Made by a program: the position numbers and the translations under genes | DNA from: Macrostomum lignano | Lineage: Eukaryota | Reading direction: 5' to 3' | DNA: 64,000 nucleotides | Assembly: GCA_002269645.1 (NCBI GenBank) | Contig: NIVC01000386.1 | Location: 372,001-436,000 of the forward strand | The notes under the pieces: generated by a model | What the model was told of the DNA's origin: nothing | The model's input: the letters and a program-made list of their open reading frames with translations, nothing else | Databases searched by the model: none | Part shown: piece by piece, positions 12,946-25,287 of the stretch | Numbering within the stretch: the stretch's first letter is position 1 | Layout of the letters: the number at the start of each line of letters is the position of its first letter

Positions 12946-13656
12946 TTTTAGCTATGAGTCCAGCAGCATTACACTCAAACGTCTGTCAATCTCGAAGAAC
13001 TGCCGACTTGGAATTAAGTGCCCTTTTCTGTCAGTTTATGTCCGCAGCTCCACCGATCCCCCACCTCCGAGTCCATCTGCTCCTCTGTGCAAAAACTTTG
13101 CCCGAAAATTGAATAAGCGCCAGGCGAGCCACTCAGACCGAACTGACCCTCCCGGACAGACAGGCACTCAGCCTGGGCCCTGATGGCGCTGGCCGCTGCA
13201 AGCTGTTGTCGCCCGTGCCGTTGCGTAACTTTTAAGTGAGAGCTGAGAGCAGCGGTGCTCAGGCACCTTGCCAGCTGAGTCCCACAAACTCCCCCATGCT
13301 TCGCAGGCAGGGGAATGGGATTTCTGCTGGATTGGGGAGCAGAGCAGGAAAATCCTATTTGCCTATCAATAATAATTCCGCAGGGGGTTCCAGTGAGAGA
13401 TCGAACTGATCCCCATTCGATGCATTTTAATAGTTTGATTAATAATCCCGAAACTGAGATTTGGCCTTTGGCCTTATATCCCCGCGGCACCCCTGTTGCC
13501 GCGATTTGCTGCGAGTTCAAATTTATCATTGCGGGTGAACTTCTGGCGGCAAATAAAAAGTGATGGGAAAATAACTGAAGCTGAGGAAGCTGAGAATAGA
13601 AGAACAGATTTGTAGAGTGAAACATGCGAGAGTGCGTAAAATCTTTCCCTGCCTAG

Positions 13657-13918
13657 GCGCGCACTGTTTATAAGCGCGCACTGTTTATAAGCGCGCACTG
13701 TTTATAAGCGCGCACTGTTTATAAGCGCGCACTGTTTATAAGCGCGCACTGTTTATAAGCGCGCACTGTTTATAAGCGCGCACTGTTTATAAGCGCGCAC
13801 TGTTTATAAGCGCGCACTGTTTATAAGCGCGCACTGTTTATAAGCGCGCACTGTTTATAAGCGCGCACTGTTTATAAGCGCGCACTGTTTATAAGCGCGC
13901 ACTGTTTATAAGCGCGCA
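13657..13918. repeat. Perfect 17-bp repeat GCGCGCACTGTTTATAA (~15 copies)
   Basis: Direct reading. Confidence 0.98.
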
Positions 13919-14119
13919 ATTTTAGCGGAATCGGAACGGAAAATTATTCAATCAATATTCAATCGACTATTTTAGGCTCCTAAAGCTTTTTTAAAGGATG
14001 CCTACTGGGCCAGGAGCCTGGGCCATATATGCATCGAAAATAACTTCCTCTTTAGCGAAAACTGCGGCAAAAACAGATAGTAGGATAAGGAGCAACTCCC
14101 CAACACCGCCGTTTCCAAG

Positions 14120-15516
14120 GCAACGAGCTGTCCCAGTTCTCCATCGACGCCGTCACCGGTCACGTGACAGTCAGCCGGGGTTGGTCGGATCCGCGTGCGC
14201 CCCGGCCGGCCATCCAGCTGCTCCGCCTGGGCGTCTCCGACTATGGCAGCCCGGCGCTGACCGGCCAGCCCTGGCAGCTGCGGGTTCGCGCGGCCGAAGT
14301 TGCGCCAGCAGCGACGGCTCCGAGAGGCCGCCGCACCGCCTCAGTCCAGATCCTCGAGGAGGCGCCTGCCGGAAGCTTCGTGGCGAAGCTTGACGTCCCC
14401 GCTGACGCTGCCGCCGGCGGCCTGGTCATAGAAGAGGTTTCCGACGGCGGCCAGGGCCTCTTCGACATTGCCGAGAGCTCCGGCGTGGTGTACCTCCGTC
14501 GGCCGATCGACCGCGAGAGTCACGGCGACTTCTTCCGCCTGGTGGTGGCGGCGCAGTCCTCCACGGCAGCCAATCGGCAATCATTCGAAGTCTTCGTCAG
14601 CGTCCTGGACATTAACGACAACGCGCCGCGGTTCCGACATGCCGGCGTTCTCGATGGCGAGGTGGTCGAAGGCGCGCCCGCCGGGACCGCTGTGCTGAAC
14701 TCCGCCACCGGCGCGCCGATGCTGCTGGTCGCCGAGGACGCCGATGAGGGCGCCAACGCGGCGCTGACTTTCGAGATCGAGCCGGCCGAGGCCGCCGAGG
14801 ACTTCGAAGTCGACTCGCTGACCGGCGCCGTCCGCCTGCGCCAGGCGCTAGACCGCGAGGCCGCGCCGCCGTCCCGCCGCTTCTCTGTCTGGGCGGTCGA
14901 CGGCGGCTCCCCGCGGCGCCTCCGGTCGGCGCAGCCCGCCCAGCTCCGGATTCGAGTCCGCGACGTCAACGACTGCCACCCGGAGTTTGAGCGGCCATAC
15001 TACTATCACGTTCTACGGCTGCCCGCCTTCGAGGGCGCCCGACTGGTCAGGATTCGAACTCGCGACCCTGACCTGGACGACCAAGTCGAGCTGAGCCTGG
15101 AGGACTCGGCCGGGCTGTTCCGCCTGCAGCCGGACTCGGGCTGGCTGACGGTGGCCACCCGGCCCGAGAGGATTCCCGAGGGTCCGCACTTCATGCGGCT
15201 TCGAGCTCGGGACCTCGCCGGCCACGAGTCAGTGTCCAACATCACGGTGGTGGCCCGGCCAGAGCTGCCCGGCGGCCAGCTCGCGCTGGAGCCGCGGGGC
15301 CTCGTTCTCTCCGTTCAGGAAAACTCGGCCGAATCCTTCCGGCTGGCCGAGTTCCGGCTGAGCCCGGCCGCACCGATCGGCTGTCCGAGGCGATTCGAAC
15401 TCGCGACCTACCCGACAGGGGCAGCTAAGGCGTTCAAGCTGGATGAGAAAACTGGCGAGCTGAGGACCACCGGGGTGGGACTCGACTCAGAGGCTGCGAG
15501 GGTGGTCAACCTGACG
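14120..15516 (+). CDS. FAT1-like: Fat-like exon F
   Basis: Acceptor CCAAG|GC completes IES-G-NELSQFSIDAVTG; contains VLDINDNAPRF, LDRE and VRDVNDCHPEF; donor ACG|GTGAGT at 15517. Confidence 0.92.
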
Positions 15517-15659
15517 GTGAGTGTCGGCTGGGGTCATTAAGGTCAGCTAGGGTCAATTAATATCATATTAGAATCAGCCGGAGTCAGTTGGTTCTGCTAG
15601 GTTCAAGTAGGGCCACTCGGAGTCAGTCAGGGTCAGCTGGGGTCATTTAGGATCAATGT

Positions 15660-16185
15660 CAGCTAGAGTTATTTAGGGTCCGTTAGGTTCATCTAGGGTC
15701 AGCCAGGGTTATTTTGGGTCACTTGGGTTCATCTAGGGTCAGCCAGGGTTATTTAGGGTCACTTGGGTTCACCTAGGGTCAGCTAGGGTTATTTTGGGTC
15801 ACTTGGGTTCATCTAGGGTCAGCTAGGGTTATTTAGGGCCACTTGGGTTCATCTAGGGTCAGCTAGGGTTATTTAGGGTCCGTTAGGTTCATCTAGGGTC
15901 AGCTAGGGTTATTTAGGGTCACTTGGGTTCATCTAGGGTCAGCTAGGGTTATTTAGGGTCACTTGGGTTCACCTAGGGTCAGCTAGGGTTATTTAGGGTC
16001 ACTTGGGTTCATCTAGGGTCAGCTAGGGTTATTTAGGGCCACTTGGGTTCATCTAGGGTCAGCTAGGGTTATTTAGGGTCACTTGGGTTCATCTAGGGTC
16101 AGCTAGGGTTATTTAGGGTCACTTGGGTTCATCTAGGGTCAGCTAGGGTTATTTAGGGTCACTTGGGTTCATCTAGGGTCAGTTA
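15660..16185. repeat. 40-bp minisatellite built from four 10-bp TAGGG/TTGGG monomers
   Basis: ATTTAGGGTC-ACTTGGGTTC-ATCTAGGGTC-AGCTAGGGTT. Confidence 0.95.
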
Positions 16186-16295
16186 TGGTCAAAATAGAAT
16201 CAGCTAGAGTCAGGAGTTCAGCTAGGTTTAGGTGCGGTCACAGCTGAGGTCAGCAGGGGTCAAGCGAGGTCAGCCTGAACCTCTCGGCCCCGCAG

Positions 16296-16594
16296 ATCCA
16301 AGCCGCAGTCGACTGTCTCGGCCTGGCAACCCGCGCCACCGTCCCGGTGCTGGTCGGCGACGTCAACGACAACCGGCCGACCTTTCTGGATGTCGCCGGC
16401 TACTCGGCGCTGATCCGCAGCGACCAGTCGCCCAGCTCGCCCATTCTTCGACTGCACGCTGTGGACGCCGATTTGGGCGAAGCCAGCCGGGTCGCCTACG
16501 AGCTGCTGAGCCACCGGCGGCTCTTCCGGGTGGAGCCGAGCAGCGGGCGGCTGTTCGCCGCGGCGCGGACTGCCGGTCAGAAGCTGCTGGCTGG
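16296..16594 (+). CDS. FAT1-like: Fat-like exon G
   Basis: Acceptor CCGCAG|ATC (phase 0); VGDVNDNRPTF, AVDADLGE; donor GG|GTGAGC at 16595 (phase 2; an alternative phase-1 donor lies at 16576). Confidence 0.8.
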
Positions 16595-16668
16595 GTGAGC
16601 CGGGGGTGCCGGTGCCGCGGGGGGAGCAGCTCTGTGATTGCCTGCCTTTTTAAAAACCCACCTTGAAA

Positions 16669-17050
16669 GAATCCCCATTCCATGAGTCCCCATTCCAATA
16701 ATCCCCGTTCAGAGAATCCCCATTGAAAGAATCCCCATTCCAAGAGTCCCCATTGAGAATATTCCCATTCCCAGAATCCCCATTCCAAGAATCCCCGTTC
16801 AGAGAATGCCTATTTAGACAATCCCCATTCAGAGAATCCCCATTCAGAGAATCCCTATTCAGAGAATCCCCATTCAGAGAATCCCCATTCAGAGAATCCC
16901 CATTCAGAGAATCCCCATTAAGAGAATCCCCATTCAGAGAATCCCCATTCAGAGAATCCCCATTCAGAGAATCCCCATTCAGAGAATCCCCATTCAGAGA
17001 ATCCCCATTAAGAGAATCCCCATTCAGAGAATCCCCATTCAGTGAATCCC
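16669..17050. repeat. 15-bp minisatellite AGAGAATCCCCATTC
   Basis: Direct reading. Confidence 0.96.
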
Positions 17051-17099
17051 CTTCAAAGCACCCCAGCACAGCTGATAACCAAGAGTCCGGCTCTCGCAG

Positions 17100-17416
17100 G
17101 CCGCTGCCCGCAGGCGATTACCGCATCCTGGTGCGCGCCACCGATCTGGATCGCAAGTCGGAGCTCCGGCGCTCCAGCTCCGTGTACGCGCGCGTCCGAG
17201 TGGCGCCGGCGCGGGCGCCGCTGTTCCCGGCGCCGGCCTACTCCGCCAGCATCAGCGAGTCGGCGCCTGCGGGTAGCGAAGTGGTGCAACTGACGGCGTG
17301 GGCGGCTAAAGGAGGCGGCGCCGTCGTCATCTTTACCTTGCGGAGCACCGGAGGGGCGGCAGAAAAGGGCGGCTTCGCGGGCGCGCTTCTGCTGTTCCAG
17401 CTGGACTGTCAGACGG
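17100..17416 (+). CDS. FAT1-like: Fat-like exon H
   Basis: Acceptor TCGCAG|G (phase 2; alternative at 17114); DYRILVRATD...YSASISESAPAGSEV; donor G|GTGAGC at 17417. Confidence 0.8.
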
Positions 17417-17504
17417 GTGAGCGGCTGGCCGAGGCTGCTGTGCTGTCTAGGAAACTTGACAGGCAAAAACAGGCAGAAACAGTTAGAAACAGCCAAATTA
17501 GACT

Positions 17505-17755
17505 AAGAATATGTGTACAAGCAGACAAAACAGCTAATTACAGCCAGAAAACAGCTAATAGCAGCCAGAAAACAGCTAATTACAGCCAGAAGCAGCTAAT
17601 TACAGCCAGAAAACAGCTAATAACAGCCAGAAACAGCTAATAGCAGCCAGAAAACAGCTAATTACAGCCAGAAAACAGCTAATTACAGCCAGAAAACAGC
17701 TAATTACAGCCAGAAAACAGCTAATTACAGCCAGAAAACAGCTAATTACAGCCAG
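17505..17755. repeat. 21-bp minisatellite CTAATTACAGCCAGAAAACAG
   Basis: Direct reading. Confidence 0.93.
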
Positions 17756-18449
17756 ATAGTCCAAATGCCACTCGAACGACCCCCGATGAAACGCAATTTC
17801 TCAGAGGATTACAAACTCCCTGGACTGTGTGAGTAAATTTGGCATGCGAATTCAATATTTTGTCATTTATCAATTCATTAGCAACCCGGACTGCTAATGA
17901 ACAGACTGCAGAGCTGTTCAAACCTGTCAATAGAGCCTCCTGGAATCATTTTGCGTGCCTGACATTAAAAATGTCTTGGAACAGGTAAAGCAAGGCTGCG
18001 CACCCCCCATCCCATCCTAAAAAGTCTATAATTGCCCTCGTCGCGCAGTCTGTCTGGTCGTATGGGGATAAAAATCCTCTGCAGCGGAGGCAGGCCCACC
18101 CCGATCTGTTTATCCCAGTTGTGGGTTGGAGGGGGGGCGGAGCCGCGGGCGGCGCACCTGCTGGGAGGCGAAATTGGAGAGCGGAAGATTCCCAGTCTCT
18201 GTGGCGGCTGCGGGGGGGGGAATTCTGGACCTGCGCCTCCCGAATCCCCCCTCCAACCGGTCCGGCTGCTGCTTCCCGCCCGCCCGGCTCTTCCTTCATC
18301 TGTCATTTCCAAGAAACTGCGCAACCGATCTGCACACGAGTTAATTGAGCAACTGGGGAATAAACTGGGATGACAGTCCAAGGCTGGACAAAAATCAGTC
18401 CAGATATTGGCCAAATTTCTTCAGCGCTGGGGGACAAAAAACCCCGCAT

Positions 18450-20775
18450 GTCAGTAAGGCGCCAAACCCTTCCATATCAGTAAGGCGCCAAACCCTCCAT
18501 GTCAGTAAGGCGCTAAACCCTTCCATATCAGTAAGGCGCCAAACCCTTCCATGTCAGTAAGGCGCCAAACCCTTCCATATCAGTAAGGCGCCAAACCCTT
18601 CCATATCAGTAAGGCGCCAAACCCTTCCATGTTAGTAAGGCGCCAAACCCTTACATATCAGTAAGGCGCCATACACTCCATGTCAGTAAGGCGCCAAACA
18701 CTCCATGTCAGTAAGGCGCCAAACACTCCATGTCAGTAAGGCGCCAAACCCTCCAAGTCAGTAAGGCGCCAAACCCTCCATGTCAGTAAGGTGCCAAACC
18801 CTCCATGTCAGTAAGGTGCCAAACCCTCCATGTCAGTAAGGCGCCAAACCCTCCATGTTAGTAAGGCGCCAAACCCTCCATGTCAGTAAGGTGCCAAACC
18901 CTCCATGTCAGTAAGGCGCCAAACCCTCCATGTCAGTAAGGCGCCAAACCCTCCATGTCAGTAAGGCGCCAAACCCTCCATGTCAGTAAGGCGCCAAACC
19001 CTCCATGTCAGTAAGGCGCCAAACCCTCCATGTCAGTAAGGCGCCAAACCCTCCATGTCAGTAAGGCGCCAAACCCTCCATGTCAGTAAGGCGCCAAACC
19101 CTCCATGTCAGTAAGGCGCCAAACCCTCCAAGTCAGTAAGGCGCCAAACCCTCCATGTCAGTAAGGTGCCAAACACTCCATGTCAGTAAGGCGCCAAACC
19201 CTCCATGTCAGTAAGGCGCTAAACCCTTCCATGTCAGTAAGGCGCCAAACCCTTCCATATCAGTAAGGCGCCAAACCCTTCCATATCAGTAAGGCGCCAA
19301 ACCCTTCCATATCAGTAAGGCGCTAAACCCTTCCATATCAGTAAGGCGCCAAACCCTTCCATGTCAGTAAGGCGCCAAACCCTTCCATATCAGTAAGGCG
19401 CCAAACCCTTCCATATCAGTAAGGCGCCAAACCCTTCCATGTTAGTAAGGCGCCAAACCCTTCCATATCAGTAAGGCGCCAAACACTCCATGTCAGTAAG
19501 GCGCCAAACACTCCATGTCAGTAAGGCGCCAAACCCTTCCATATCAGTAAGGCGCCAAACCCTTCCATGTCAGTAAGGCGCCAAACCCTCCATGTCAGTA
19601 AGGCGCCAAACCCTCCATGTCAGTAAGGCGCCAAACCCTCCATGTCAGTAAGGCGCCAAACCCTTCCATATCAGTAAGGCGCCAAACCCTCCATGTCAGT
19701 AAGGCGCCAAACCCTCCATGTCAGTAAGGCGCCAAACCCTCCATGTCAGTAAGGCGCCAAACCCTCCATGTCAGTAAGGTGCCAAACCCTCCATGTCAGT
19801 AAGGTGCCAAACCCTCCATGTCAGTAAGGTGCCAAACCCTCCATGTCAGTAAGGCGCCAAACCCTCCATGTCAGTAAGGCGCCAAACCCTTCCATGTTAG
19901 TAAGGCGCCAAACCCTTCCATATCAGTAAGGCGCCAAACCCTTCCATATCAGTAAGGCGCCAAACCCTTCCATATCAGTAAGGCGCTAAACCCTTCCATA
20001 TCAGTAAGGCGCCAAACCCTTCCATGTCAGTAAGGCGCCAAACCCTTCCATATCAGTAAGGCGCCAAACCCTTCCATATCAGTAAGGCGCCAAACCCTTC
20101 CATGTTAGTAAGGCGCCAAACCCTTCCATATCAGTAAGGCGCTAAACCCTTCCATATCAGTAAGGCGCCAAACCCTCCATGTTAGTAAGGCGCCAAACCC
20201 TTCCATATCAGTAAGGCGCCAAACCCTTCCATATCAGTAAGGCGCCAAACCCTTCCATATCAGTAAGGCGCCAAACCCTTCCATGTCAGTAAGGCGCTAA
20301 ACCCTTCCATATCAGTAAGGCGCCAAACCCTTCCATATCAGTAAGGCGCCAAACCCTTCCATGTTAGTAAGGCGCCAAACCCTTCCATATCAGTAAGGCG
20401 CCAAACCCTTCCATATCAGTAAGGCGCCAAACCCTTCCATATCAGTAAGGCGCTAAACCCTTCCATATCAGTAAGGCGCCAAACCCTTCCATGTCAGTAA
20501 GGCGCCAAACCCTCCATGTCAGTAAGGCGCCAAACCCTTCCATATCAGTAAGGCGCCAAACCCTTCCATGTTAGTAAGGCGCCAAACCCTTCCATATCAG
20601 TAAGGCGCCAAACACTCCATGTCAGTAAGGCGCCAAACACTCCATGTCAGTAAGGCGCCAAACCCTTCCATATCAGTAAGGCGCCAAACCCTTCCATGTC
20701 AGTTAGGCGCCAATCCCTTCCATGTCAGTAAGGCGCCAAACCTTCAATATCAGTAAGGCGCCGAGCCCTTCCACG
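18450..20775. repeat. 25/26-bp minisatellite CAGTAAGGCGCCAAACCCT(T)CCAT(G/A)T, ~2.3 kb
   Basis: Direct reading. Confidence 0.98.
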
Positions 20776-21486
20776 TCAACAGAAAACTTCGCATAAAGTG
20801 ACGCTCAATCCTATATACTAAAAGTTAGCCAATAGCTAAGGTCACAGGTGTTCCAACAACTTCCAACTCTAAGGATGAGATCTTGTCTGTTCTAAAAATA
20901 GAGCAGGAAATCTCAGTTGAGTCATGCACGCGAGCAGCTAGCGGCGCTCTTGCGTCACCACAGAGACGGAGCGGCCGGTATGAAACCTCAGCATCAATCA
21001 GTGAGGGCGCCTGACCCGGGGGTCATTCAGCAGCATGCATCATCATCCGTTCTCCAGCCCCGCAGATTGCGTGAACCCGACCTCCGTGTTATTCTTCCAC
21101 CGCCCTGCCCTCCAGCTGATGAAGTGGCTCCGGGGATGGGCTGGGGATAAATGGACTTGCTTGGGCCCCTCCCCCAATCTTCCCTCCGAATCGGCGCTGA
21201 AATCTCCTTTGGCTGGAAAATTGCGAATAAAAAAATTACCGGGGGAGGGCGGAGGGTCGCTAAGTTATCAGCTGGTGCCCCCCCCCCAACCACTCTGTTC
21301 AGCCCCTGTTGCCTTCATGACTAGGGATCTGCTGATTGATAATCTTTTGTTATCGCCTCTGCGCCTCTACTGCTGGCTTATCTAAGCCTCTCTTCTTAGC
21401 CCTCGCTTCTACGCTGCGAACGTCCCGGACTCGAGTCCCAACTGCGTTAATAGTCAATTCACGCACGGAATGGCCTTCCCCTGCCT

Positions 21487-22815
21487 TCTCATCCACTGTC
21501 TCTCCTCTCATCTGCTGTCTCTTATCTCATCCGCTGTCTCTCATCTCATCCGCTGTCTCTTATCTCATCCACTGTCTCTCATCTCATCCGCTGTCTCTCA
21601 TCGCATCCGCTGTCTCTTATCTCATCCGCTGTCTCTCATCTCATCCGCTGTCTTTTATCTCATCTGCTGTCTCTTATTGCATCTGCTGTCTCTCATCTCA
21701 TCCGCTGTCTCTCATCTCATCTGCTGTCTCTCATCTCATCCGCTGTCTCTCATCTCATCCGCTGTCTCTTATCTCATCCGCTGTCTCTTATCGCATCTGC
21801 TCTCTCTTATCTCATCCGCTGTCTCTTATCGCATCCGCTGTCTCTTATCTCATCCGCTGTCTCTTATCTCATCCGCTGTCTCATATCTCATCCGCTGTCT
21901 TTTATCTCATCTGCTGTCTCTTATCGCATCCGCTGTCTCTTATCTCATCCGCTGTCTCTCATCTCATCCGCTGTCTTTTATCTCATCTGCTGTCTCTTAT
22001 TGCATCTGCTGTCTCTCATCTCATCCGCTGTCTCTCATCTCATCTGCTGTCTCTCATCTCATCCGCTGTCTCTTATCTCATCCGCTGTCTCTCATCTCAT
22101 CCGCTGTCTTTTATCTCATCTGCTGTCTCTTATTGCATCTGCTGTCTCTCATCTCATCCGCTGTCTCTCATCTCATCTGCTGTCTCTCATCTCATCCGCT
22201 GTCTCTTATCTCATCCGCTGTCTCTTATCTCATCCGCTGTCTCTTATCTCATCTGCTGTCTCTTATTGCATCTGCTGTCTCTTATCTCATCCGCTGTCTC
22301 TTATCTCATCCGCTGTCTCTTATCTCATCTGCTGTCTCTTATCTCATCCGCTGTCTCTCATCTCATCCGCTGTCTCTTATCTCATCCGCTGTCTCTCATC
22401 TCATCCGCTGTCTCTTATCTCATCCGCTGTCTCTCATCTCATCCGCTGTCTCTCATCTCATCCGCTGTCTCTCATCTCATCCGCTGTCTCTTATCTCATC
22501 CGCTGTCTCTCATCTCATCCGCTGTCTCTTATCTCATCCGCTGTCTCTCATCTCATCCGCTGTCTTTTATCTCATCTGCTGTCTCTTATTGCATCTGCTG
22601 TCTCTCATCTCATCCGCTGTCTCTCATCTCATCCGCTGTCTCTTATCTCATCCGCTGTCTCTCATCTCATCCGCTGTCTCTTATTACATCTGCTGTCTCT
22701 CATCTCATCCGCTGTCTCTCATCTCATCTGCTGTCTCTCATCTCATCCGCTGTCTCTCATCTCATCCGCTGTCTCCCATCTCATCTGATGTCTCTTATCT
22801 CATCCGCTGTCTCCC
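21487..22815. repeat. 19-bp minisatellite CTCATCTCATCCGCTGTCT
   Basis: Direct reading; source of the spurious 262-552 aa ORFs. Confidence 0.97.
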
Positions 22816-23719
22816 ATCTAGCATTGCGCAGCACTAAATGTCAAATAATTCACGCGCTAGTTTCCAGATACTTTTCCAAATATTTACCAATTCAGACCGT
22901 ATTGCAGCCAATTAAAAACGCCCTTCAAAACCACCTTTTGCATCCCGGATCACCTGCAAAATTTCAAATCAGAAGTCAGACGGTGGTCAACTAATTAAGC
23001 CAATCCAGACCGCAGATCTTCGCGCGGATCAGAGGCGGTTTTATCGCAGTCATAAAATTTGATGCCCTCATTAACTGGTCCCGCTTTCTCCGCCACCGGG
23101 TTTTAACTGAGTCGGCTTGTTTCCTCTGCTTTGCTTTGATCTCCCTGAGTCTGCTTTGAGCTCCCCGACTCTACCGCTGAGCACGGGGATAACAAATAGA
23201 TTAGGCTGAGCTCAGGCGTGACTAATCCCCTGCTTATCCCCTGCAGTTACGTAACAAATATTCCCTTCAATTGCCGCTCCGTGTGTCTGGTTCGCCCCCA
23301 ATCTCTTCTGGATCAAACAGTGCTGACCATGCAGGGAGAGTGAAGCGGAGAACCTGCAATTAAGAAGTGGGACGGCCAACACGGGGAAGGGGCATCCGGA
23401 TCCTGAGCCACAAATCCCAAATCAAACAGCAGCCTTTCCCAGGGATCGGGGAGGAGATTTTCCAAGAAAACTCGTGTTTGGCCTCCCTAACTGGCCTTGC
23501 ATTATTAATTGCATTGAAAATTTAATAAATTCTCAATGCGTTGTCTACTCAGGAGCGGGGCGCAATATTTGCTTGATTAGTGCATTTTATGATACCATAA
23601 ATGCTTAATAATTCTGCAATTTTAATAGACACCTTTCGGTTAGATAATTATAGAACCATCCCTAGATACTACTGCTAGCCTTATAACAGACATTTCAGCT
23701 CACAATCCACTCCTGTCAG

Positions 23720-23841
23720 GTGTCCTTCGAACTGCCGACAAGCTTGATTACGAGACCGCTAAAGTGCATCATCTGGTTGTCAGGGCAACCGACCCAACAT
23801 CCGGCACCTACTCTGAAGTTCCGGTCACGGTCAGAGTGCTT
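23720..23841 (+). CDS. FAT1-like: Fat-like exon I (122 nt, absent from the ORF track)
   Basis: TGTCAG|GT ... CTT|GTGAGT; reads G-VLRTADKLDYETAKVHHLVVRATDPTSGTYSEVPVTVRVL and bridges exons H and J in phase. Confidence 0.92.
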
Positions 23842-23894
23842 GTGAGTTTTAGATTTTTGGGCTTTTCAAACTACTTTAAAGGTTAAGATGAATC

Positions 23895-24497
23895 ATACTA
23901 CTATCAGTAGGTTTAACTACGTCAAGAAATTATCAGTAGTTTAGGCTACTTCAAGCTACTATCAGTAGTTTAAACTACATCAAGCCTACTATCAGTAGTT
24001 TAAACTACATCAAGCTACTATCAGTAGTTTAAACTACATCAAGCCTACTATCAGTAGTTTAAACTACATCAAGCTACTATCAGTAGTTTAAACTACATCA
24101 AGCTACTATCAGTAGTTTAAACTACATCAAGCTACTATCAGTAGTTTAAACTACATCAAGCTACTATCAGTAGTTTAAACTACATCAAGCTACTATCAGT
24201 AGTTTAAACTACATCAAGCTACTATCATTAGTTTAGGCTACTTCAAGCTACTATCAGTAGTTTAAACTACATCAAGCTTACTATCAGTAGTTTAAACTAC
24301 ATCAAGCTTACTATCAGTAGTTTAAACTACATCAAGCCTACTATCAGTAGTTTAAACTACATCAAGCCTACTATCAGTAGTTTAAACTACATCACGCTAC
24401 TATCAGTAGTTTAAACTACATCACGCTACTATCAGTAGTTTAAACTACATCACGCTACTATCAGTAGTTTAAACTACATCAAGCTACTATTAGTAGT
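23895..24497. repeat. 29/30-bp palindromic minisatellite CTACTATCAGTAGTTTAAACTACATCAAG
   Basis: Direct reading; contains the perfect 14-bp palindrome GTAGTTTAAACTAC. Confidence 0.97.
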
Positions 24498-24528
24498 TTC
24501 CATGCTCAAAATTCCCATTTTTTCGCAG

Positions 24529-25287
24529 GACGAAAACGACGAATCGCCGAAATTTACTGCGGCGTCTCTCGAGGTCACCGTGTCGGAGCTCGAGGATCCC
24601 CGGCTTCGCCGCCCGCTGCTGACGGCTTCTGCCGCGGACCCCGACACCGGCGACGGCGGCCGGGTGACCTTTGCCATCAAGCCGGATTCGGGCAGCGGAG
24701 AAAACTCCAGCTCGTCAGCAGATCTCTTCGAGGTGGACTCGACGACTGGCGTGCTGCGGCTGCGCCAGAAGCTGGACCGCGAGGCCGCGGCGCTGCACCG
24801 GCTCCGTCTGGTTGCCAGAGACTCGCATCCTACCAGCCCGAGATCCTCGCTGGTACCCCTGACGGTGAGGGTCGCCGACTTCAACGACAACCCGCCGAGA
24901 TTTCGCCGAGGTGACAACTTGACGAGGCTGTTCCGAATCAACGCCGACTTGCCGCCGGGCAGCTTCGTTGCCAAGGTGACGGCGCTGGACGCGGACTCCG
25001 CCGAGCAGCCGGCGCTGCGCTACTGGCTGGCGCCGGACTTTGGCGCCAGGCAATTTCGGATGGACGAGCGGCGCGGCGTCCTGCGCTACCGGCCGAGGGG
25101 CGCGGCTGTTGGGCGCTACAATCTGGTTGCCATGGTGACGGACTCGGTGCACTGGGACCGACTCGAGCTGACTGTGGAGATTCTGCCGTCAGCGACGGGT
25201 GGCTTTGAAAGGCCGCTGCGCTGCGCCAGGCGGCTGTTCCACGCCAGGGTGGAGGAGAACCGGCCGGCTGGCCAGCAGCTGCTGCAG
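24529..25287 (+). CDS. FAT1-like: Fat-like exon J
   Basis: TTTTCGCAG|GAC; DENDESPKF, KLDRE, VADFNDNPPRF; donor CAG|GTGACC at 25288 (phase 0). Confidence 0.9.

Noticed and set aside
13014-13625. 203-aa minus-strand ORF in unique intron DNA (similar ones at 39299-39913, 44396-44845, 49625-50182)
   Set aside because: No domain motifs, no coding-like codon bias and no supporting splice structure.
21336-22994. Long ORFs (up to 675 aa) over repeats, also 30648-32769, 33046-33901, 38523-39327, 40041-41515, 43001-44286, 47194-48422 (partly), 49625-50440, 55188-55943
   Set aside because: They are open in several frames and strands at once with periodic low-complexity peptides: artefacts of stop-free intronic satellites.
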